Assembly (NCBI GenBank): GCA_042576705.1
Contig: JBHPEY010000005.1
Coordinates: 1,786 to 65,785 of the forward strand
Direction of reading: 5' to 3'
DNA from: Nanobdellota archaeon
GTDB lineage: Archaea; Nanobdellota; Nanobdellia; Woesearchaeales; UBA11576
DNA length: 64,000 bases
The stretch's first letter is position 1. Every line of letters begins with the position of its first letter. Made by a program: the position numbers and the translations under genes. The notes beneath the pieces are model-generated. The model was not told the DNA's origin. It saw nothing but the letters and a program-made list of their open reading frames with translations, and did no database searches. Shown here one piece after another: positions 43,773 to 53,274 of this stretch.

Positions 43773-45344
43773 TTGTTAACTCCAAAAGGGGGAATTGTTT
43801 TGGAGATTGAACATAAGAAACAAATAGTAGCACTATTGATGAAAAAAGGCATTCTCATAGATTCAACTACGCTCAGTCACATCGATACCATACAAAATCC
43901 TGTTTCTTTCACATCTTTTTTACAGGAGGGGTTGGGCAGTTCTGAATCCCTGAACAATTTAAATGAAATATTATCAAGATATAACCAATCTGCAGCTGCG
44001 AGCAGGATAGAACCAGAAGAATCCAAGATACAGACCGAAGAAAAAACAGACAAGTCGGAATCTGGCGTCAAGGTCGTATTCTCTTATGAGGGTGAACCCA
44101 AGAAAAGGGAAGTCAAGGATTTTACAGCTCTGTTCACAGTCAGGTACAACGCACTGAAATCAATACTACAAAACAGGAAAGAGCTGCAGAACCTCACGTC
44201 GATAAACCGGCTTGCGCAGAAAAGGGAACGCGAACAGGTCGCATTGATAGGACTGGTCACAAACAAGGCAGTAACAAAGACTGAGAAGATAATCATGACA
44301 ATAGAGGATCCTACAGGAGAGATCAAGGTCATGTTTGTCCCTGATAATGATGCGTATGATATGGCAAAAGAGACTGTGATGGATGAGGTCGTCGGTGTAA
44401 CCGGATCCAGCATGGGGCAGCAGATTATATTCGGAAACAGCCTGATCATTCCAGACATGCCTGCTTATCGCGAGCTCAAGAAAAGCCCGGACGAAGCGTA
44501 TGCACTTTTCATGGGCGATTTTCATTTCGGGTCCAATGTGTTCATCACAGAAGCTTTTGAGAAATTCATATCGTGGATAAGAGGTGAGCAGGGCAATGAA
44601 AAACAGAAAGAGGTGGCAAGAAAAGTCAAATACCTGTTCATGGTAGGAGATCTGGTTGAGGGGGTGGGAATATACCCTAACCAAGAAGACGATCTTGTAA
44701 TAAAGGACATATATGAACAATATGCTGAGTTTGCGAAACACATCAAGAGGATACCTGATCATATACAGATAATAATCTGCCCAGGAAACCACGATGCGAT
44801 GAGGATAGCAGAGCCGCAACCACCACTCTACAAGGATTTTGCTGCACCTGTCTGGGAACTGCCTAACGTCACCATGGTGAGCAGCCCTTCTTACGTGAAC
44901 ATCCACTCAAGCGACGCGTTTCCAGGATTCGACGTTCTCATGTACCATGGATTCAGCTTCCCGTATTATGCGGATGTTGTTGAATCCATACGAAGCCAGG
45001 GAGGACAGGAAAGAGTGGATCTTATAATGAAATTTCTTCTTCAGAGAAGACATCTTGCGCCAGCACACAAGTCCACGCTATACCTTCCTGACGCAGATAA
45101 AGACAGTCTTGTGATAGACAAGATACCTGATTTCTTTGCGACAGGGCATATACACAGGGTCGAGGCATCCAGCTACAGGAACATAACCCTGTTGAGCTGT
45201 TCATGCTGGCTCTCTACAACAGAATTCCAGGAAAAGATGGGACTGCATCCACAGCCAGGGAGAGCCATACTGGCCAACCTACAGACAAGAAAGGTCAAGA
45301 TACTCAAGTTCTACGACGAGAAGGAGGAGCAAAAAGATGAGTGA
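43773..45344 (+). CDS. dp1: DNA polymerase II (PolD) small subunit DP1
   Basis: Calcineurin-like phosphoesterase motifs GDFHFGS, MVGDLVEGVG, CPGNHD, GHIH, plus an OB-fold region. The start is uncertain (TTG 43773 or TTG 43800, the latter preceded by GGGGG). Confidence 0.9.
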   Translation: MLTPKGGIVLEIEHKKQIVALLMKKGILIDSTTLSHIDTIQNPVSFTSFLQEGLGSSESLNNLNEILSRYNQSAAASRIEPEESKIQTEEKTDKSESGVKVVFSYEGEPKKREVKDFTALFTVRYNALKSILQNRKELQNLTSINRLAQKREREQVALIGLVTNKAVTKTEKIIMTIEDPTGEIKVMFVPDNDAYDMAKETVMDEVVGVTGSSMGQQIIFGNSLIIPDMPAYRELKKSPDEAYALFMGDFHFGSNVFITEAFEKFISWIRGEQGNEKQKEVARKVKYLFMVGDLVEGVGIYPNQEDDLVIKDIYEQYAEFAKHIKRIPDHIQIIICPGNHDAMRIAEPQPPLYKDFAAPVWELPNVTMVSSPSYVNIHSSDAFPGFDVLMYHGFSFPYYADVVESIRSQGGQERVDLIMKFLLQRRHLAPAHKSTLYLPDADKDSLVIDKIPDFFATGHIHRVEASSYRNITLLSCSCWLSTTEFQEKMGLHPQPGRAILANLQTRKVKILKFYDEKEEQKDE

Positions 45345-46077
45345 GAGACGTTTATACAACAGGGCGACAGGAGAAAGAATAGAATTTGCAGGATTTGATG
45401 GAGACCGGACACTTGTGACATATGATGGGAGCGAGTTCGGGTCCAGCTGGGACTTTGTCGGACATACATACTATCCGATAGATGAATGGCAGGGAATCGC
45501 GAGAAGATTCCACAAGAAGATCAGTGTTGCACAGACACAGGAAGAAAAAGACAAGCTGTTCATGGAATGGGTCGATACAGACATAGCAGCATTGAAGGGG
45601 AAGGATGTACACAGGGTGTATGAACAGACAGTGCCTTATACAAAAGGCGCAGAGGAGTATCTGAGAAACATACGCGCGAATAACGCAGCAGTCTATCTCG
45701 CAATAATAAGCGCGGGATTGGGGGTCGTGTTTGACAGGATAGCTGATGAACTTGATTTTGATAGCTGTCTGACAAACAGACCTGGTGTAGATGAGACCGG
45801 GATGTTCGACGGGACAATAGACATCCAGGTCACGCTCCATGACAAGAAAGCCAGCCTTGAATCCCTTCTTTCATGGATAGGTGGTGTTGAACTCAGGAAT
45901 GTGATGTTTGTAGGTGATGATTATAATGATGTTGAATGCCTCCAGGCAGTCAAGGAAGCAGGAGGACTGGCACTTGCAGTGAACCCCCTTCCCGAGGTCG
46001 AAGATATGGTGTCGCGGGCAGCAAACGCAGTCATACAGGACTTCACAGAACTTGAACAGTATACTGAAATAAGGTGA
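45337..46077 (+). CDS. HAD-superfamily phosphatase (SerB-like subfamily IB)
   Basis: Motif I FDGDRTL (DxDxT) and motif IV VGDDYNDVECL. SD-like AAGGAGGAG lies 8-16 nt upstream. 8-nt overlap with DP1 (ATGAGTGA). Confidence 0.75.
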   Translation: MSERRLYNRATGERIEFAGFDGDRTLVTYDGSEFGSSWDFVGHTYYPIDEWQGIARRFHKKISVAQTQEEKDKLFMEWVDTDIAALKGKDVHRVYEQTVPYTKGAEEYLRNIRANNAAVYLAIISAGLGVVFDRIADELDFDSCLTNRPGVDETGMFDGTIDIQVTLHDKKASLESLLSWIGGVELRNVMFVGDDYNDVECLQAVKEAGGLALAVNPLPEVEDMVSRAANAVIQDFTELEQYTEIR

Positions 46078-46087
46078 AAAAGGAAAT

Positions 46088-49000
46088 ATGGTAGTCGCAA
46101 GCCCGGAGATGCAGAAGTATTTTGAGGAACTCACCCGTAAATGTAGCGAAGCGTACGAGATAGCCAACAAGGCGCGCGCCAAAGGATATGATCCTGCTGA
46201 CAAGGTAGAGGTGCAGTTGGCATCTAACATGGCAGAGAGAGTTGTAGGGTTGATATCTGTGGTGGCGCCGCAGATAGTCGGAAGTGGAGTCGTCGAAAGG
46301 ATAATCGATCTCGAGAAAAAATATGGCGCGCTTGACTGGAGAGTTGCCCTGCAGATATCTATTGAGGTCGCTGAAGAGAGGTTCTGCAAGTTCAAGGACA
46401 AGAACGAGGCCATCGAGGTCGGGGTCAGGGTAGGGTTTGCGTATGGTACCGTCGGTGTGGTCAGCAGCCCGCTCGAAGGGCTGATAACAATAGACATCAA
46501 GAAACGCAGGGATGGGAAAGGAGAATACTTCTGCCTCAATTATGGGGGGCCTGTAAGAAATGCAGGAGGAACTGCAGCAGCATGGTCTGTGATAATCTCA
46601 GACTTTGTACGGAAGAAGATGGGATACGCAGAGTACGACCCCGATGAGAACGAGATCAAGCGCTGTCCGACAGAGCTTGAGGATTATCATGAGCGCGTCA
46701 CAAACCTGCAGTATTTTCCCTCAAAGAAAGAAAGCGATTTCATGCTGCGGAACCTCCCTGTTGAGATATCCGGGGACGCATCAGAGGACAAGGAGGTATC
46801 CAATTACAAGGATCTTCCACGGGTACCTACCAATAAGATAAGAAGCGGGTTCTGTCTCATACACTCCAGCTGCATACCACTCAAGGCAGAGAAACTCTGG
46901 AAGCAACTATCCAAATGGGGAAAGGATTTTGACATGGACCAATGGAATTTCCTCGAGGAGTTCATCAAGATAAAGAAGGAAGTGCATGCAAAAGGGAAAG
47001 GCGCGGAGAAATCAGGAGAGTCAAATCAAGAAAAACCAAAGGTGACTCCAGACTTCACGTTCATAAAGGACCTTGTCGCAGGACGGCCAGTCATAGGACA
47101 TCCCATGAGGATAGGTGGGTTTAGGCTGAGATATGGCCGTAGCAGGACGTCAGGATACAGCGCGCAGTCGATAAACCCCTGCACGATGCATGTCCTGAAT
47201 GACTTCATAGCGACAGGGACACAGCTGAAAGTGGAGAGGCCTGGAAAAGGTGCGGCATTCACGCCGTGTGATACTATTGAAGGGCCGATAGTCAAGATAA
47301 AGGACGGCAGCGTCATCAGGATCGAGACAGAGCAGAAGGCAAAAGAGATCAAAAAACAGATTGTGGAGGTGCTGTTTCTTGGTGATGCTCTCATCAATTA
47401 CGGGGATTTCCTCAACAGAGGACATTCACTCGTCCCACCAGGATACTGTGAAGAGTGGTGGGTGCAGGAACTGGAGAAAGAGATAGTAAACATCTTTGGA
47501 AATCTTGACAACTACAAGCTCGCAGAGATAGCAGACACCAAACCTGAAGAGCTGGAGAAGGTTCTAAAGAAACCGTTGAAGTACAAGCCAAGGGCAAAAA
47601 CCGCGATAAAGATAGCAAAGGCAACCAAGACATATCTACATCCATATCATTCATATTTCTGGAATTCAATAGACAAGAAAGAACTTCCTAAATTGTTTGC
47701 CTGGCTTCATAGGATGAAGGTAGAAAGTGATGATGATGGAGCAGTCAAAGCGGTGCTCGCGATAGATGCTGAGCAGAAAAGAAACATAGAGCTTGTCGGC
47801 ATACCCCACATTGTCGCGACAAATGAGTTTGTCGTCTTTGGGAGGGAGGATACAGAGGTCCTCAAGGAACTTCTCAAGATAGGGGTGGAGGATGTTGAGA
47901 GCGCGGTGCAGAAGATATCTGAGATAATATCTGACGATACTGTCAAGGATGTCGTCAGCGCATTGAACAAGTATTCTGATATCAAACAGCGCGATAAAGG
48001 GGGGATATTCATAGGATCCCGCATGGGCCGACCTGAAAAAGCAAAGATGCGGAAACTGACAGGAAGTCCGCACACCTTGTTTCCTGTCGGGGAAGAAGGT
48101 GGAAGGATGCGAAGCTTCCAATCTGCTCTGGAGAAAGGAAAGATACGTGCTGAATTTGCCGTGTTCAAATGCCCCTCATGTGAAGAGCAGGCCCCGTTCG
48201 GGGTCTGTCCAAGCTGTGATGTCAAGACAAAAAGAATCTACTCCTGCAAGATGTGTGGAGAGATTGAGGAAGCAGAATGTCCCAAGCACGGAACAGCAGC
48301 ACCTGCAATGATGCACGAGGTGAACATACATGATTATTTCTACAAGATACTCAAGAAGCTCGGCACACGAACATATCCTGACCTGATCAAGGGAGTGCGA
48401 GGGACAAGCAACAGGGAGCACATACCTGAACATTTCATAAAAGGGATACTGCGCGCGAAATACGATGTGCACGTGAACAAGGAAGGGACTGTAAGGTATG
48501 ATGCATCAGAACTTCCGATAACACACTTCAAACCAAAAGAGATATTCGTGAGCGTCGAGAAACTGAAATCATTAGGTTATACAAAGGACATCCGCGGCAG
48601 ACCACTTGAGAATGAAAATCAGATACTTGAGATCAAGCCACAGGACATTGTCGTGCCGTGCTGCCCCGACTCGCCGGATGAGCCGGCAGATGCCATACTC
48701 ACGAGGACGGCGCAGTTTATCGACGAGGAACTTGTCAAGCTATACGGACTCAAACCGTTCTACAACATCCAGACAAGAGAGGACATCGTAGGACACCTTG
48801 CGATAGGTCTTGCACCGCATACCTCCGCAGGGACAATATGCCGGATAGTTGGGTTCTCAAAGACGCAGGGATTCTTTGCGCATCCCCTGACGCACGCTGC
48901 CATGCGTCGTGATTGTGATGGTGATGAAGGGTGCTTCCTGTTGCTCATGGATACGTTCCTCAACTTTTCCAGAAAGTATCTTCCGGATTCAAGGGGAAGC

Positions 49001-49255
49001 ACAATGGATGCTGCGCTTGTGCTTACGACCATATTGACCCCTGCAGAAGTCGATGACATGGCGTTTGATGTTGACCGGGTGTGGACGTATCCTCTGGAGT
49101 TCTATGAGGCGTGCCTTGAATACAAGAAACCCTGGGATGTCAAGATAGAGACTATACAATCAGTCCTGGACAAGGAAGGGCAGTATGAAGGTATGGGATT
49201 CACTCATGACACTGAAGACATAAATGCAGGAGTTCAGATGCGTTGTGTGCAATGA
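46088..49255 (+). CDS. dp2: DNA polymerase II (PolD) large subunit DP2, main body (1055 aa)
   Basis: GSRMGRPEKAKMR, Zn-finger cysteines CPSCEEQAPFGVCPSCD and CKMCGE..ECPKHG, and AMRRDCDGDEGCFLLLMD (the catalytic CDGDE region of DP2). It ends FTHDTEDINAGVQMRCVQ*, so the last 6-7 aa look out of frame. Confidence 0.9.
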   Translation: MVVASPEMQKYFEELTRKCSEAYEIANKARAKGYDPADKVEVQLASNMAERVVGLISVVAPQIVGSGVVERIIDLEKKYGALDWRVALQISIEVAEERFCKFKDKNEAIEVGVRVGFAYGTVGVVSSPLEGLITIDIKKRRDGKGEYFCLNYGGPVRNAGGTAAAWSVIISDFVRKKMGYAEYDPDENEIKRCPTELEDYHERVTNLQYFPSKKESDFMLRNLPVEISGDASEDKEVSNYKDLPRVPTNKIRSGFCLIHSSCIPLKAEKLWKQLSKWGKDFDMDQWNFLEEFIKIKKEVHAKGKGAEKSGESNQEKPKVTPDFTFIKDLVAGRPVIGHPMRIGGFRLRYGRSRTSGYSAQSINPCTMHVLNDFIATGTQLKVERPGKGAAFTPCDTIEGPIVKIKDGSVIRIETEQKAKEIKKQIVEVLFLGDALINYGDFLNRGHSLVPPGYCEEWWVQELEKEIVNIFGNLDNYKLAEIADTKPEELEKVLKKPLKYKPRAKTAIKIAKATKTYLHPYHSYFWNSIDKKELPKLFAWLHRMKVESDDDGAVKAVLAIDAEQKRNIELVGIPHIVATNEFVVFGREDTEVLKELLKIGVEDVESAVQKISEIISDDTVKDVVSALNKYSDIKQRDKGGIFIGSRMGRPEKAKMRKLTGSPHTLFPVGEEGGRMRSFQSALEKGKIRAEFAVFKCPSCEEQAPFGVCPSCDVKTKRIYSCKMCGEIEEAECPKHGTAAPAMMHEVNIHDYFYKILKKLGTRTYPDLIKGVRGTSNREHIPEHFIKGILRAKYDVHVNKEGTVRYDASELPITHFKPKEIFVSVEKLKSLGYTKDIRGRPLENENQILEIKPQDIVVPCCPDSPDEPADAILTRTAQFIDEELVKLYGLKPFYNIQTREDIVGHLAIGLAPHTSAGTICRIVGFSKTQGFFAHPLTHAAMRRDCDGDEGCFLLLMDTFLNFSRKYLPDSRGSTMDAALVLTTILTPAEVDDMAFDVDRVWTYPLEFYEACLEYKKPWDVKIETIQSVLDKEGQYEGMGFTHDTEDINAGVQMRCVQ

Positions 49256-49490
49256 GAAATTCAGGCGGCCTCCACTGCTGGGCAAGTGCACCAAATGCGG
49301 AGGAAAGATACTTTTCACCATATCTGAAGGCAGCATAGTCAAGTATCTGGAGCCCAGCATAAGCCTGGCAGAGAAATATGACCTTCCGACCTATTTAAAG
49401 CAGAGCCTTGAATTGACTAAAAGGCGCGTAGAGGGTATATTCGGCAAGGAGAAGGAGAAACAGGTCGGGCTTGGCGCCTGGTTTGGCTAG
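49224..49490 (+). CDS. dp2: PolD DP2 C-terminal Zn-finger segment, encoded in the +1 frame relative to the main body
   Basis: MQEFRCVVCNEKFRRPPLLGKCTKCGGKILFTISEGSIVKYLE... is the conserved terminal DP2 motif (QEFRCxxCxxKxRRxPLxGKCxxCGG). It overlaps the main ORF by 32 nt, and an in-frame TAA sits directly before its ATG. Confidence 0.8.
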   Translation: MQEFRCVVCNEKFRRPPLLGKCTKCGGKILFTISEGSIVKYLEPSISLAEKYDLPTYLKQSLELTKRRVEGIFGKEKEKQVGLGAWFG

Positions 49491-49638
49491 ATTTTGCATC
49501 CTTCTCATATTACCTGCTTCTTTTCAGTTTATTGTAAAAAAATGTTCTAATAGTCTTATAATTGTTGGCATCTTCTCTATGTATGCGAGGCTTCTACTAA
49601 AAAGGGGAGACAGTTTTTAGCAAACCCGGTGGTTTCCG

Positions 49639-52600
49639 ATGGAGAACAGAAGTAACCAAGAACTAAAATTACTTGTAGATGTCTTTTCAGGCAGGACTAG
49701 TTCTAACAGGTTCGGATGGATGTCAGCATTATGCGCAAAGAAACAGCCTAATGCGATAACCAAGGAAGAGGCACTGGAGCTTTATCTTTCTAACAATGAG
49801 GTAGGGGATGTCGCGCAGACAACACAAGAAGCGCTTCTTACCTATGTGTCAGGCGAGACTGCCGCAATAGGCCAGGAATTAATCGATCTGAAGGCAATAC
49901 TCACAACCAACAAGAGATGGAAGATCAAACACAAGCAAGTGGAGAAGATATTGTCCCAGATACAGCCAGAGTCATTGAGCGCTCTTGAGAGAGCCTATCT
50001 GACAGACCTGAACAGGTATGTTTCAGAGAACAGGGCATTGAAGGCTGGAAGAAACATAAAGATAAGGAACGGCATTGAACAATCAATCTCACAGCTTATG
50101 CCGGAGCGACCTCATACTTCTGAAACAGACACCGATTATGATATCCTTTTTGCAGATGCACTCAGGCAGGCGTCGTCCAGCACAAGCAACAGGTTCGAGA
50201 TACTTACCGAAGCATATACAGCATTGAATGGAGAATCTGCACTTGGCAGAAAACTTCTCAGGTTTGGAAAACATCTTACATCATCTTCGGGTTGGGAAGA
50301 ACGGTTGCAGAATGCCGGGACTATCCTGCAGCAGAACATCTCTCTTGATCTTTCTGAAGATGATGAGAACTATCTCCGGAATGCGCTTACCTATATCGAG
50401 AATGCAGGGGTGAATCATGTCGCGCCTGCAGTGACAGGGCTTGCGACTGACCTGACTGAAAAGATACATGACCTGCTTCTGGGAGATCTTTTCACAGAAG
50501 AGGAGATGGTGGAAACTGATGATGAAGAGATAATCCTCCTGGATGATAAAGATATCATCTATGCGCCTGAATCTGCGGCGTTGCCTGAGGAGACTGTGCC
50601 CATAAAGATGGCACGTGTCGACGGGCTCAGAGACCCTGTTGCAGAGATGCTTGGTGCAGGGAGCAAACCATCTGACCCACATGTTATTGAGGATACTCCC
50701 GTGGCCGGAATCACATTCTTTGGAGAGCCTGTAGGATACACCCCTGGACAGGCCAATGTAGGGTCCTTGTTTGCCGATGATCCTGTTGATGGCGGGTCAC
50801 TTTTTCCTTTAAAGAATATTGCGTGCAGGGAGTATGGAAACAGGATTGTGAAAGAAGATCCTGTGGATTATACTGCGGATGATTCGCTCTCGGACTCTTC
50901 TGTCGAGCTGGTGTCTCCCGAAGATCCCAAACATCCTGATTTACACAAGTACCTGAACAGAAGGGTGGTAGCTGGTCTAGGTGCAGGTGCAGCGCTTCTT
51001 ACTGTGGTCGGTACACTGGTAGCTCTTGCGAGCACAAGCAAAAGCAATGTAGACGAATCCCTTACCATGGTGTCGACAAATCCTCCTGTGGTCTATGTTG
51101 ACGCCCCTAAAAAAGAGCCAGCTCCAAAACACGCGCTAAAGGCTGTCCAAGAGCAAAGTGACTGGGACTACTGCTTTGACAATCTTTTTGATGATTCTAC
51201 TGCGCTCAGAAAAGGCTCAAGTATACACACGTTGAGCAAAAAAGACCTGGCAGAGGTAACCCAAAGATGCTTCCTGGATCAGGCAAGAAGAATAGATCCT
51301 GACCTTCTCAAGAACGTCAAGATAAGCTCATCTAAGTATATGCAGTTCCCTGCGTCTGCAGACCATGTCCTGGTCCGCACAGTGATGATCCCTGTCGAGA
51401 CAGAGGGGGGGAGGGAAGAGGTCCCATTGTCCTATTTGGATCCTATGATCGACTCCAGCGTAATGAGTCCGTTCGGGGCGCGAAGAAGGATATCATCGCC
51501 AACACGGAACAGCGATGGAATCTACTCCTGCCCTGAAGGGCAATTCAGGATGGCAAGAAAACCTCGGGCTGTGCCTGAAGATGATCCTGTAGGGTCAAAG
51601 ATGACTTATGTTGACGCAACGCACATACAACCTTTAGGAAGCATAGATGGTCTGGTATCTGAGAAGGTTCCAGAATCAGTACCAATCACTACCTCAGATA
51701 CGCCTGATATATCGGATTCAGTGGCAGACAAACCCAATACAAAATCAAGTGATAAAGCAAAACCTACTGTGGCAAATACACCCTCAGATGATTATTCAGA
51801 CATTGCCTCTTCAACAGCGAAGGCAAGGCCAAGAAAAAGAGCAACCAAAGCAAGAGGCCCGAACTTCGCATGCTATAAGAAACACATGGGACTGGACCTC
51901 AAACCGACGGCCGCTGGCTGGAAGACACTCAGAAGATACAGGACACCAATGTATCCTGTCCTACCTGGACGTGTCAAAAAGCTGGTAAAAGGGGGAATTC
52001 GTGCAGGGGACTATGTTGTAGTAGAGCATGAGAATGGGATAACCAGTGAATACATGCACATGGACAGGTTCACACCAAGGCTTGACTGCTTTTTCCCAGA
52101 GCAAAGAAGACACGCAAAAAACAGGGAGGCGGCCAAGGACTGCAAGGCAGATGAAAGCATTGTTAAATCACGGACAGGCAGCCGGATAGAGTTCAAGGAT
52201 GGACAAGGACCTGTGGTCCTGCCACATGTGTTCGAGGAACTGACTTTCGAGACTGATCCTGAAAGCGATGAAGTCAGGAATCCACTGCGCGAATACCTGG
52301 GAGGTGAATTCTTTGTCGGTTTCATGGGCCATACAGGAAACGCAGACGTTGCGTATCCGCACCTCCATCTTTATGTCAAGCATGATGGCAAATACGTCGA
52401 TCCTGAGAGATTACTGCCGGTGAACAAGCACGGCATTGACGTCATATTTAATGAATCCCACGAGGCTTACCTTGCTGATGTATCGAAGAGAGTGGGAGTA
52501 CTTCCTTATGTTGTCCGCAATATGCGTGGAATAGAGACCGGACATAAAGGTGCAAACATGCGCGCTAAATCCCGTAAGGGTGCTGTAGGGTTCATGCAGG

Positions 52601-53274
52601 TCATGCACTGCGCAGTGAGCATGGCACGGGCCCAATGCCGGAAGGAACTGAATTATTTTGTCCACCAGAAAAAATCCCTGGAAGGCGTGGTGGATGAAAC
52701 TAGCAGGGATAAATCAGAGAAGATCCAGGACAACATAGATATGTTCTCATACTACTGCGACATGCTGTCCAGCGACATGAGTTGGCATTTTGTAAAGACA
52801 GACCCTCTTGTGAACATGTTCGCAGGCGTCATGGTATTCAAAAGGAATCTCGACAGGTTCGGAGGGGACTATCTCAAGGCCATCGCAGGTTACAACGCAG
52901 GACCCGGAGCTGTCGAGAAGGCGATGGCGAGAGCCAGCAGGATAGACCAGTCCCTTGACAAGAGGATACACAAATCAGAGATAAGCGGCAATGTGCAGGG
53001 GCTCATACAATTGCGCCAGCAGAAGAAAAAGAACAGCTGGATAAATTTCATATACAGCGGCACACGCCACTATGTGCATAGGGCAATGAAGAATATCGAA
53101 GAGGATGATGCGCTGTATGGTCCTGTAGAATCCCCTAATGAACAAAAACCTGCAAAGTATATCCCTCCCAAGCCTGCGGCTCCAAGCAGGACCGGACCGG
53201 CCCCCAGCAAGTCGGCAATGCGTGGAGGAAACCATCACCCTGCCAGACGGGATTATCACAGAAGAAGGACCTGA
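49639..53274 (+). CDS. 1211-aa bitopic protein with extracytoplasmic M23 (LytM) metallopeptidase and SLT lytic transglycosylase domains
   Basis: A single TM (VVAGLGAGAALLTVVGTLVALAS, about nt 50965-51035). M23 motifs HMGLD (HxxxD, 51883-) and PHLHLYV (HxH, 52359-), with GHTGNADV..HLH..DGKYVDP. SLT motifs GIETGH (catalytic Glu, ~52534), GAVGFMQVM and AGYNAGPGAV (~52888). The N-terminal ~450 aa are cytoplasmic and uncharacterised. Confidence 0.8.
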   Translation: MENRSNQELKLLVDVFSGRTSSNRFGWMSALCAKKQPNAITKEEALELYLSNNEVGDVAQTTQEALLTYVSGETAAIGQELIDLKAILTTNKRWKIKHKQVEKILSQIQPESLSALERAYLTDLNRYVSENRALKAGRNIKIRNGIEQSISQLMPERPHTSETDTDYDILFADALRQASSSTSNRFEILTEAYTALNGESALGRKLLRFGKHLTSSSGWEERLQNAGTILQQNISLDLSEDDENYLRNALTYIENAGVNHVAPAVTGLATDLTEKIHDLLLGDLFTEEEMVETDDEEIILLDDKDIIYAPESAALPEETVPIKMARVDGLRDPVAEMLGAGSKPSDPHVIEDTPVAGITFFGEPVGYTPGQANVGSLFADDPVDGGSLFPLKNIACREYGNRIVKEDPVDYTADDSLSDSSVELVSPEDPKHPDLHKYLNRRVVAGLGAGAALLTVVGTLVALASTSKSNVDESLTMVSTNPPVVYVDAPKKEPAPKHALKAVQEQSDWDYCFDNLFDDSTALRKGSSIHTLSKKDLAEVTQRCFLDQARRIDPDLLKNVKISSSKYMQFPASADHVLVRTVMIPVETEGGREEVPLSYLDPMIDSSVMSPFGARRRISSPTRNSDGIYSCPEGQFRMARKPRAVPEDDPVGSKMTYVDATHIQPLGSIDGLVSEKVPESVPITTSDTPDISDSVADKPNTKSSDKAKPTVANTPSDDYSDIASSTAKARPRKRATKARGPNFACYKKHMGLDLKPTAAGWKTLRRYRTPMYPVLPGRVKKLVKGGIRAGDYVVVEHENGITSEYMHMDRFTPRLDCFFPEQRRHAKNREAAKDCKADESIVKSRTGSRIEFKDGQGPVVLPHVFEELTFETDPESDEVRNPLREYLGGEFFVGFMGHTGNADVAYPHLHLYVKHDGKYVDPERLLPVNKHGIDVIFNESHEAYLADVSKRVGVLPYVVRNMRGIETGHKGANMRAKSRKGAVGFMQVMHCAVSMARAQCRKELNYFVHQKKSLEGVVDETSRDKSEKIQDNIDMFSYYCDMLSSDMSWHFVKTDPLVNMFAGVMVFKRNLDRFGGDYLKAIAGYNAGPGAVEKAMARASRIDQSLDKRIHKSEISGNVQGLIQLRQQKKKNSWINFIYSGTRHYVHRAMKNIEEDDALYGPVESPNEQKPAKYIPPKPAAPSRTGPAPSKSAMRGGNHHPARRDYHRRRT

